Shown in pieces: positions 1-10,393 of a DNA stretch of 64,000 nt; the first letter of the stretch is position 1; each line of letters starts with the position of its first letter. Both the position numbers and the translations under genes were made by a program. The notes beneath the pieces were generated by a model. That model saw nothing but the letters and a program-made list of their open reading frames with translations, did no database searches and was not told the origin of the DNA. Origin of the DNA: the human T2T-CHM13v2.0 reference genome, Homo sapiens; NCBI RefSeq assembly GCF_009914755.1, contig NC_060927.1. One strand, given 5' to 3'.

Positions 1-779
1 TTCAAAAATTTAACTTTTACAGAGAAAATACTAATTATCCACTAAAATATTTACTGTAAAATTATGAAAACATGTTTATGTAATACGTGCTACTACTATG
101 GGACCTTTGGTTTACATTCGCTGAACAATCATGCGGAAGAAATGACCTTTGTTAACAGGAAGGGCATTAACATATTAGACAAATTCATTTCCAAGAATTC
201 TGGCCATCAAGTAGAAGTTTCAACATGTCTTTGTGTCTATGATGCCACAGGATATGACGATCAAGGGGAAAGGAAGTGTGTATTGGATTTTGTATATTTC
301 AAGAGATCAAAGCTATTGAGGCTGTAGCTATAAAACTGAAATGAGCAAATAAGCTGACTTATTCTTACCATGAAATGAAAGAATCTAATTTAGTATGAAT
401 TGTCTTTGTGGCTTGAGGAGTAATGGAAGAGAAATATTTGGGAGACTTTTTATCTTTTAAAGTAGGTTGGAACAAGACTGTATTAATTGAGTTCAAAGAA
501 AAGAGAAATTGTCAGCCTCGCTAATTTTGTAGACAGGTCTTTACTCCCTGAGAGAACAGCCATCTGGAAAGGAGATTCTTCTTATTATATTACAATGCTT
601 TAATTTAGTACCTGGATCAGGATTGTAAAATTATTACTAGAATTATGATTAACAATATTTATCAGTGTCTACAAAGATACAGGCATTGACACATTAGAGA
701 TAATGAAAGATTGAGTAAAGGAAATTAATTATTATTATTTACCTCTAAAAACCTGGTGTGTGCGTGTGTTAAACATTAC

Positions 780-895
780 TTGTTTTAATTTCTATTTTTC
801 AGGCACATACCTGAGGTTCTAAGACGTTAAGAAACTTGATCATAGTTACATATAAAAAATTGCAGAGCTGAAATAAGCGTCTAGATCTTTCTAAA
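780..895 (-). mobile_element. MIR SINE fragment
   Basis: Degenerate MIR core (ctgaggttctaagacgttaagaaacttgatcatagttaca...agagctgaaat); boundaries approximate. Confidence 0.5.
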
Positions 896-1079
896 TGACC
901 CTTTAGAGTTTGACCCCTCCTCAAATTCTAAGGTAATTAGAATTTGCTTAAAGACCATCTTAACATAACTAAGGTGATAAATTATACCATAACTAAATGG
1001 ATGAATATCAATAAATGGGTATATTTCTTTTATTATTTAAGGTGTGTGTTAGGTATAGCAGTTGTAATGTGATGAATAT

Positions 1080-1225
1080 AGTCTCTGGTATAATAGTGAT
1101 TCACATTAGAAACTCTGAAATTTAATCTTCAGGCTGAGTCTCAGTTTTCTAATTATTAAAATTGAGGGTGTAAAAATTACTTCACCAGATAATTGAAGAT
1201 TAAATGAAAGAACATATGTCACTCA
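1080..1225 (+). mobile_element. MIR SINE fragment
   Basis: ctgagtctcagttttctaattattaaaattgaggg...gaagattaaatgaaag resembles the MIR core. Confidence 0.6.
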
Positions 1226-2989
1226 ACCTCCACACAAATGATGTTTAACAAGACAGCAGAAATAAGATGACTATGAGCTGAGACATATATATTTTAGTTA
1301 ACTTTTTCTCAACATATTCTTGGACCCTAAACCTCCTTAATATTCTTCCTTTTGAGGACATTAATCCTGATTTGAGGTCTAAGCCTTCACACTACCCTGA
1401 ATTTATCTGAAGATATAAGCCATTTTAAACCTAACTATAGGCTTGAAATCAACGGTGTGAGAAGGTCTAAGAAACAGGAAATATAGGATTAGTAGCATTC
1501 TGCTCTTAGGTAAACTTGTGCATTGATACTCAACTCTACTCATGCTGTGAAATAGGAATTTTGTAAACTTGTTCACAGACACAGTAGGAATCAGAAACCC
1601 ATGCACAATTGTCTGCTTTACCACTAATTCACTGTGTGCAAATGAGCTGCAAATTATTCTTTCCCTGATTTTGGTTTTGCTGCATATTAAAAAACCAACA
1701 ACCAAACAAAAAAGCCTTTCTACATTTCTTAACTCTGTCGGTTTTATCATTTTCTTGTTCAACGGAAATTACACTGACTTTTCTCACATTAAAAAAATGG
1801 CATTCATTTAAAGCTTTAAAATATCTTCTGCTAACTTATATATTATTTTTAATATTTATTATTTCCTTTTCCTCAATGACCTTCAGGATAAATTAAGTCT
1901 TCAAGAGTCTACATTGCTCTAATAACGAAGAAAGAAGATTGGATAGAAAACAAAACAAAACCTTCAAAACTATTTTCAGGATTTTTTTATCTTAACGATC
2001 TCATTTAAAGGAAGTGGATGTTAGAAAAAAATTAATGGAGATCACTAGAGCCTTAAGGTCAGGGGCACAAAAGTTCTAGGGGACACTGACTGAGCCACAT
2101 CAACTAGAATAAGACAGAAGAGCTGGGCCACCCAGGTAGTGTCTGAACTGGTAAAGCAGACTTCTTTTATATTCTGCTTGTATCCAGGTGGATGGGACAG
2201 ATTAGAGAGAAGTCTAGGTGATTTGCCCAAATAGGCATTTTTCAGGGAAAGCTTGCTGTACTGAGAAAGAGAACAAATGAAAGCTAGGAAGGCTACCAGT
2301 CTTAACAGGATCAAAGCAGATTTAGAATGGGAAAGACACAACAACAACAAGAAAGACTTTCTTGTTAAATTAGAAGTTATTAGTGAGCCTGCAAGTCTCA
2401 GGTGTGGGAGTACAACTTGCTCACAGTTATAACTAGATAGGGGGCTAGACATAAGGGAATTCTGTATTCTCAAATACCTTCAAAATGCACTTTTTGTTTC
2501 CTTATCTCTAACAAAATTGTTACTTCACTTGATATCCTCTGAAATAGGGGCTTCCCATTCTACTCTACCCCATACATGCCACAACATTTTATTCATATCT
2601 TTTTTCCCTATTACCACTTCCGGATAATTGCTTGTCCAATTTGATGTCCGTTTTTCTTTACTTATACTCCATGAAATTTTAAACAACTCTCTTCTCTTTT
2701 TGTGGCAGCCATAGCATGGTACCCTCTTTATTTCTCAACAGCATATTCATTAAAGATTTTGGCAACATGTTCCCCCTTTTTACTAAAGTCCCGCAATCAC
2801 TTTATATAACTTTAGTACTCATAGCAATGGCCTAATTATAATATTTCCTTCAAAGTCTTCTGATATCAAAGCTTCTCTAAGTGATCCACCCATTTCCAAT
2901 GCCAGATCCAGAAATTTGCCATCATTCTCTGAAATATTGTAATAAGATTGATTAATATCTGTGAATACTCTCTTATAACTAAAATAATA

Positions 2990-3793
2990 TTTTAATAGCT
3001 TTATTGAGATTTAATTAACATACAATAAACTTTATACATTTAATGTACAAAATGTTATATATATATCCACATATATATATATATCTTTCCTCTCAGCTAA
3101 CCCTCTCTGTATCTTCATCTCCAGGCAACCAATTAATTTACTTTCTGTTCCTACATATCATACTGTATAAGCTAAAATGTTATATAAATAAAATTATATA
3201 ATAGGTAATCTTTTATTATTTTACTTTTGTTTTTGGTCTGGCTTCTTTCACCCAGTGTAATTCTTTTGAGATTCAACACACTGTTGTGTATACCAGAAGT
3301 ACATTTTTTTCTTAGAAATTGTCAAAATTTATTTTCCAAAACGGCTTTACGGTTATTTTCCTGCAACTTCCGGTTCCACTATATCCTTGCCATAACTTGA
3401 TTTTTTTTGATTGGCTCATATGCTTAACTGCATTAACTATTTTACTTTAAGCCAAACTTACATTCCTGCAATAAAACTTATTTTGTCATTATGTTCTGTT
3501 ATATTTTCTAAATTCTAGAAAATTGTATTTGTAAGTTGTGTTAAAAATTTTTGTATCTATGTTCATAAGTGAAATTGCTCTGTAGTTTATTCTCTTGTCA
3601 TGTATTTTTCTAATTTAGATATGTGGTTCATAACAGCCTCATGGAATGACTGAGACTTTTCCCTGTCTAAAAGAGTTTGTGTAAGATTGATACTATTACT
3701 TGCTTAAATATTTGGTAGAATTAAATAGTGAATCCATGCAAGTCTGGAGTTTTCTTCGTGAGAAGGATTTTAAACACAAGTTACATTTCTTTT
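2990..3793 (-). mobile_element. Old L1M (L1MB/ME-type) 3' end plus ORF2 fragments
   Basis: tttaatagctttattgagat...atacaataaac is an L1M 3' terminus (antisense); ctggcttctttcacccagtgtaattcttttgagattca; cagcctcatggaatgac...gagtttgtgtaagattg is antisense ORF2. Confidence 0.7.
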
Positions 3794-3887
3794 ATTTTTG
3801 AATCGTTTGTCTTTCCTATCTCTCTCATATCTTTAAGAATTATTCTAGGGCCATGAGAAGCATGACTTCTGTGCCCTAAAGTACTAC
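3794..3887 (+). repeat. 94-bp dispersed direct repeat, copy 1 (copy 2 at 6452-6545)
   Basis: Manual ungapped alignment gives 85/94 identity, including shared attctagggccatgagaagcatgact and ctgtgccctaaagtactac. Confidence 0.95.
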
Positions 3888-5025
3888 ATGACATGGTTCT
3901 GTTTAAATCTTAAATATTTTTATTTAGTTTCTATTAATTCCACACATCATTTGTTCCTATTCCTTAGTTTTCTGGCTTTTTTGGGTTAATTTACAGTTTG
4001 TTATTCAATTTTATCTCCCTTATGAATTATTAGCTCCAGAACTTTTTTTGTTACTTTAGTGGTTACTTTTGTTTGATAGTATACATTTTCACTTATCAAA
4101 GTCGATTTCATGCATTTTATACGAATTTTAAAATAGTATTCATTTATTTATCCCCTCTAAATCATTATAAAATATTAGTTCCTTTCCCCCTAACTACATC
4201 TTCTTGTCATTTAGAATATGAAAATCTTCATATCTAAGTACATACAGGAAGAAAAAAGAGAATGGGCTCTGGAGCATTCAGTGCCAAGTGATGATCTCTG
4301 GTATATTTTCTCCAAGAGTTAGACACAGAAACACTGTCTCAGTACTCCCTTTTTGAGGCCCTGCTCACTGTTTTAGGTATGGAATTCTTAATTTATCCAC
4401 AATATTAATGCTGTTGGTGGAAAGATATTCAATTTAATGTCGTGTTGTTCATTTACCTTTTCTTTCTTATTTTAATTCTGCTGCAGCTGTCATCTCTTTT
4501 GGATACTTTGTTATATTTTACAAGGTAGCACAATTATTTATCATTCCTTAGTAAAGACTTAAGAGACTACTTTTTTGAGAGTAAAAGGCCTGTCTTAACT
4601 TGTTTTTCATTTTGAACTTTTGGTTTCATTGTTATTGAAGAATAACTTTTAGACATATTTTTATAGATGTTTAAATTATATACATGCATATGTGTGAATG
4701 ATAATTTAAACAAAATAAATAGGTTTGAGCATACCTCATGCTTTTAAAAATTAGAGCCTAGTCTCTGAAATCACTTATCTGCTCAGAGTTGTCACTGTTT
4801 ATCGTTAGTTTAAGTTGTGCTCTGTACCTTCAAGGTGATGGGTGATACAACAATTTTTTAAGATAACCCAAACTATTGTCTTCACTGTAAACTTCCAAGC
4901 CACTGATCTGCATTCCAAATGCATACACAATGACGAGTATGTCTTTACTATTACCTGTCAGTGATTTCAAGTTGTCAAAATATTAAATAAAAATATACAG
5001 CCATAATTTGTTAAATAGTCTTAGT

Positions 5026-5146
5026 TTCAATTCAAAAATGTTTTATTGAATATCTAAACTGTACCAGGTCCTTTGTTAGGAAGAGGAGATGTAACAGTGA
5101 AGAACAACAACAACAAAAATAAAGCCACTGCCCTCAAGAACTTGAA
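5026..5146 (-). mobile_element. L2 3' end fragment
   Basis: ttcaaaaatgttttattgaatatctaaactgtaccagg...ccactgccctcaagaact is a typical antisense L2 tail. Confidence 0.65.
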
Positions 5147-6451
5147 AGGGGCATTTTCTCACTTTATTTATCTTTTTGTTTCTAAAACTTAGCACATTGG
5201 CTTCCAATAAAGGATTATGGGCTTACTAAAATCCACACAAAACTTTAGGTAGCATTGAACTTGAAGATGAAATTCTTGAATTCACCCTTGAATTCATTTT
5301 GCAAGGTTATTGGGAAGATATATACCCAAAGGCTGATAATTATTTCATTATCTGCTAATACTATCTAATATTTTCTAATAATTTATAATTTTAGTATCAT
5401 GCCAATATTGATATTGTGCTGCTTCATGTAGAAGGTAACATTGTGGATCAAAAAGGAATAGTAAATTAAGAAAATATATCATATTTCTAAACTCAAAGTA
5501 ATCACTTTCTCAATCTCAACAAAAGTCTGAAAACTGTCAATGAAATATCAGTTGATGTGTCTCTCCTTTTTATTGTATTTGAAAGCAAAGTAAGCATTTT
5601 GATTGTAATTATTATGGAGACAGTTCAAAAAAGTTCTATTTGTCATACAGTTAAAATAACTCAAATACTTAAAGGGATATTCAAAAATATATTTTCTATT
5701 ATTTTCAATTTACACTGGAGGACCTTCTATTCATAAATTTACACATGTATTTTATTTAATTTGTAGTTTGAGGAAATTGGGTAATATAATATGATTATGT
5801 ACATAGAAGAAAAATTTTACCTTATTTTCTGTAGAATCTATAAACTATTTTATAAACATAATTACATTTTTCCTTTGATTTCCCTGAACTCTCTCTAGGA
5901 TCACTTTTACTTTTATCCTGAGAAAATAGTTTGACCTCTGGTTCTCCAGAGTTAATAGAAGAGGAATATTAAAAATTTGTATAATATTGTTTCCTTGAAA
6001 ATGAAGGCTTTGATTAAATAATATAGCTAAAGTTGGATAGAAGATAACCTTTAAAATGCATACTTACACGGGAAAAGAAAGATTTCCAGTCTCCTTTGTT
6101 TGAGGATGTGACATTGTCTTAACTATTTCTGATACTGCTTCTTTATATTTCCTGTGGAAATATAAACAATTAACAACAGATAAAATACAGAGTAGAAGAA
6201 GAGTCATTTAACATGAGCACCTGCGTCAAAATGCAATAGAATAAAATTACTGTATAAAATTTCAAATTATATATTCAGATGTGAATTAATTTTATTTATT
6301 TTCTATAATTAATTTGGGGTTTTGAATTTATTCTGAGCTGTTTTCTGTATTTTGGAAGAAGATTTCATTATTACCTGATTTCTTGTTTCCTTAGTCATTT
6401 CAGATTTAAACTGACAATTCAGAATTTTACCCTAACCACAAATGTAAGATC

Positions 6452-6545
6452 ATTTTCGAATCTTCTGTCTTTCCTGTCTCTCTCATATCTTGAAAAACCA
6501 TTCTAGGGCCATGAGAAGCATGACTGCTGTGCCCTAAAGTACTAC
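6452..6545 (+). repeat. 94-bp dispersed direct repeat, copy 2
   Basis: Matches 3794-3887 at offset 2658. Confidence 0.95.
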
Positions 6546-7636
6546 TCACCTATGGCTATTCTATTGTTTCTATGACACTCTGATGTGGGAAACTCAGGGA
6601 GAAAACACGGCTCAAAGTACCAGATGAGAAGTTCATAACAGATTGTATTACTCTCAAATTACTAATTGTGTCCAAATGTTTAATATTCTCACACCTTTGG
6701 ATCTAACGTAATATTTGGTGTATGGGTAAGGTAAGAAACACTTTTTAAAAACCCATTCTAACATCTACTTCCAGTTCAGTAGGTCACTGTCTCGAAAGGA
6801 AAGGCAGACAAGAGTTTTAAGCAAAATGGAATGGAGGAGGGAGAACTGGCTTTTCCTAATAAGATATTCTATTCAACTCTCTTTGTCTTACTTTTAGGCT
6901 ATGGGTTTTATCTTAAAGTCTAGAATGCATTAATTTTGTGATTTAGTGAAAAACTTATTTTAGAGGGAATTATAGCCTTATATATTACTGCTCAGAGGAA
7001 AGCCATGGGTTTAAAAGAACATACAGATAGATAGCATGAGTAACTATCCACGAATATTTTAAAATTTCATCCAGAAGAGAGTAAAAGAAAGTTGAACTAA
7101 TTCACAAGATTTGGATTTACTGAAGTTTCATGTGTCAGAGACTATGCAAGGAAGGGAAAACCCTTGATGATTTATTGTTAACTTTCTAGGTATACAATTC
7201 TTGGTGCAATATTTTAAGTAGAAAAAGATACCCATTTGATACATCTGCAGACCGCAACATCTGAAAAGCAAAGCCAATTAATCAACCTGAAATTTGACAT
7301 GGCAAATCTGGAAATTCCCGCTGGCTGCAATGGGATCAAGATCAATGACTTTCCCTGGCTTTGCAGCTCTTTCAAAACTTGATCTCCTTCTGCTCTTACC
7401 TCTTTTTTCACCAGAGGCCATTATGCCTTAATTCCCAGCAGACTATGTCTGAAGATTTTCTGGCATTTTGGCATCTTTAAATAATGTGGTACCTTTTTCC
7501 TCATCTTACTGGAGTGCTCTAAGCTTCTGTATTTTCTAGTAGCATTACAATAAATCATAACATTTTATCCAAATCTGTTTCACTCTACTTCCAATTGAAA
7601 CATTTCATAAATGCACCAGGTCAAATTAATGGCTAT

Positions 7637-8081
7637 CACTATTCACACTAGCAAAGACTTGGAACCAACCCAAATGTCCATCAATGATAGACTGGATTAA
7701 GAAAATGTGGCACATATACACCATGGAATACTATGCAGCCATAGAAAATGATGAGTTCATGTCCTTTGTAGGGACATGGATGAAGCTGGAAACCATCATT
7801 CTCAGCAAACTATCGCAAGGACAAAAAACCAAACACCGCATGCTCTCACTCATAGGTGGAAATTGAACAATGAGAACACTTGGACACAGGAAGGGGAACA
7901 TCACACACTGGGGCCTGTTGTGGGGTGGGGGGAGCGGGGAGGGATAGCATTTGGAGATATACCTAATGTTAAATGACGAGCTAATGGTTGCAGCACACCA
8001 ACATGGCACATGTATACATATGTAACTAACCTGCACGTTGTGCACATGCATGGTAGAACTTAAAGTATAATAAAAAAAAAA
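7637..8081 (+). mobile_element. 5'-truncated L1PA3/4 (ORF2 C-terminus, 3'UTR, polyA)
   Basis: ORF2 end MIDWIKKMWHIYTMEYYAA...SLIGGN; G-rich 3'UTR; polyA; TSD aaattaatggctat (7623-7636) / aagttaatggctat (8080-8093). Confidence 0.97.
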
Positions 8082-8118
8082 GTTAATGGCTATGTATTCA
8101 ACATTTTAGATTGAGGGC

Positions 8119-8540
8119 TATACTAGTCCGTTTTTACATTGGTATAAAGAACTACCTGACACTGGGTAATTTATTTAAAAAAATCAGCTAACAGCTTCAC
8201 AGGCTGTACAGAAAGCAAGGCTGGGAAAGCCTCGGGAAACTTACAGTCATAGCTGAAGGTGAAGGCGAAGCAAGCCCATCTTCATATGGTGACAGGAGAG
8301 AGAGAGAGAGCAAAGGAGGAAGTTCTATAAAATTTCAAAAATCAGGTCTCATAAGAACTCACCCACTACCACAAGAACAGCAAGGGGGAAATCCACCCCC
8401 ACGATCCAGTCACCTCCCACTAGGTCCCTCCCCCAGCACTGGGGATTACAATTCAACATGGGATTTGGCCTAACCATGATGGCCTAGCCATGATTTCAAT
8501 TCAACATGGGATTTGGCCTAACAGAACCTAACCATATTGA
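8119..8540 (-). mobile_element. MaLR solo LTR (THE1D/MSTA-like)
   Basis: tagtccg...tataaagaactacctgacactgggtaattta...cacctcccactagg...ggggattacaattcaacatg...aaccatat. Confidence 0.9.
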
Positions 8541-8695
8541 GTCATGTATATCAATTTTACCACTTATGGAATACCTATGTATGATTCTAAATTTCTCTAA
8601 ATCTTCTTTCATCAACACCCCCTTTGCCTCTCTTAGAAACTAAAGTAATTGAAGGTTTTATAGAACTCCTTTGTATTTTACTCATTAGCATGAGT

Positions 8696-8751
8696 TTCAA
8701 TTAGTCCAATTTTGCTGTGTTCAATTAGTCCAATTTTGCTGTGTTCAATTA
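8696..8751. repeat. Perfect 24-bp tandem duplication (2.3 copies)
   Basis: ttcaattagtccaattttgctgtg x2 followed by ttcaatta. Confidence 0.97.
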
Positions 8752-9406
8752 ATTTAACACTTACAATGCTTGAGAACTGCAGCATGAGACAATAGTACAA
8801 AAGAGTACAACAGAGAAGTACAGAACTTTATTTGATTGCTTTCCTAAACTGAGCAGCTGTACATTTAGCCAGAATCATTTAAATTTGGGATTTCTACCCT
8901 AATAGCGTACAGACCATGGTTTAGCTAGTCAAGAGCTTGACAGCAGGCCTTCTTAAAAGGTCAGAATTTCAAAAACTAGTTAACATTTGTGTCTACTTTT
9001 GCATCTCTTTTATTTATTTTCTTCTAATTCTAACCCATCTGTTTTTCTAGCAGAAGCCAAGAGGATAAAGAAGATTATCTTACTGAATGACAACCCCCAC
9101 ATCGCATGAAATTGCAGAATTGTATGAGTATTTCACACATAAGAACTTGTGGCCTAAGAAAATAACAAAATAACTAGAAAACATGGAGAAGCTTGAGACA
9201 TAATATCAGAAGAAAATCTGTATAAAATTACTAAAAATCAAAGTACATATCAGGCTGTTAAAGCATAAATAACCTTGTTGTTCAATAAAAGTGACAGCGA
9301 GGTGCTTTCTCTACAGTGAAGTGTAACCTTGTCTTCCCAGTCAATAATCTAATCTACATAAACTAGGCACACTATCCAGCCACACTTTGGAAATGTATTA
9401 GGTATC

Positions 9407-10141
9407 TTTTTTTTTTTATACTTTAAGTTTTAGGGTACATGTGCACAATGTGCAGGTTAGTTACATATGTATACATGTGCCATGTTTGTGTGCTGCACCC
9501 ATTAACTTGTCATTTAACATTAGGTGTATCTCCTAATGCTATCCCTCCCTGCTCCCCCAACCCCACAACAGGCCCCAGTGTGTGATGTTCCCCTTCCTGT
9601 GTCCATGTGTTCTCATTGTTCAATTCCCACCTATGAGTGAGAACATGCGGTGTTTGGTTTTTTGTCCTTGCGATAGTTTGCTGAGAATGATGGTTTCCAG
9701 CTTCATCCATGTCCCTACAAATGACATGAACTCATCATTTTCTATGGCTGCATAGTATTCCATGGTGTATATGTGCCACATTTTCTTAATCCAGTCTATC
9801 ATTGTTGGACATTTGCCTTGGTTCCAAGTCTTTGCTATTGTGAATAGTGCCGCAATAAACATACGTGTGCATATGTCTTTATAGCAGCATGATTTATAAT
9901 CCTTTGGGTATATACCCAGTAATGGAATGGCTGGGTCAAATGGTATTTCTAGTTCTAGATCCCTGAGGAATCGCCACACTGACTTCCACAATGGTTGAAC
10001 TAGCTTACAGTCCCACCAACAGTGTAAAAGTGTTCCTATTTCTCCACATCCTCTCCAGCTCCTGTTGTTTCCTGACTTTTTAATGATCGCCTTTCTAACT
10101 GGTGTGAGATGGTATCTCATTGCGGTTTTGATTTGCATTTC
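9407..10141 (-). mobile_element. 5'-truncated L1PA3-like element with a complex 5' junction
   Basis: polyT at 9407; ORF 9620-10138 is the ORF2 C-terminal cysteine-rich region ([24 protein letters not shown]); TSD atgtattaggtatcttt at 9393-9409 and 10281-10297. Confidence 0.97.
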
Positions 10142-10149
10142 GTGTGGCC

Positions 10150-10393
10150 AAAATATTCAACTGTGTTTAAACCTATTAAGTATTATATTCTTACAACCTA
10201 TTTTCCACATTAGCAAATGGATCTTTGTGGTTGGGAAATCTGGTAAAGATACCTAATACATTTATGCAGCCAAAAGACACATGTATTAGGTATCTTTACC
10301 AGATTTCCCAGCCGCAAAGATCCATTTGCTAATGTGGAAAATAGGTTGTAAGAACTTAAGACTTAATAGGTTTTAAACATAGTTGAATATTTT
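10150..10393. repeat. Long inverted repeat: arms 10150-10261 and 10281-10393, 19-nt spacer
   Basis: Arms are reverse complements with 6 mismatches and 1 indel (~94%); the spacer is L1 sequence. Confidence 0.97.

Noticed and set aside
1403-2473. 119-aa and 142-aa minus-strand ORFs
   Set aside because: No recognisable domain, no supporting exon structure, and amino-acid composition typical of AT-rich non-coding DNA.
7908-7945. G-quadruplex-like tract (also 9540-9580 and 36360-36400)
   Set aside because: Standard L1 3'UTR G-rich tract; well known and not specific to this locus.
8696-8751. Short direct repeats read as a CRISPR-like array (also 45874, 46152, 47821, 56199)
   Set aside because: Only 2-3 copies each, no unique spacers, no cas genes, and a eukaryotic context; these are ordinary tandem duplications.
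9620-10138. 172-aa ORF, and similar ORFs at 7684, 20853, 31024, 33518, 35220 and 35763
   Set aside because: These are L1 ORF2 remnants in truncated or decayed elements, not host genes; no copy is full length or retrotransposition-competent.
10150-10393. Hairpin read as a miRNA gene or MITE
   Set aside because: The spacer is L1 sequence and one arm starts at the L1 TSD, so an insertion by-product is the simpler explanation; there is no expression evidence.
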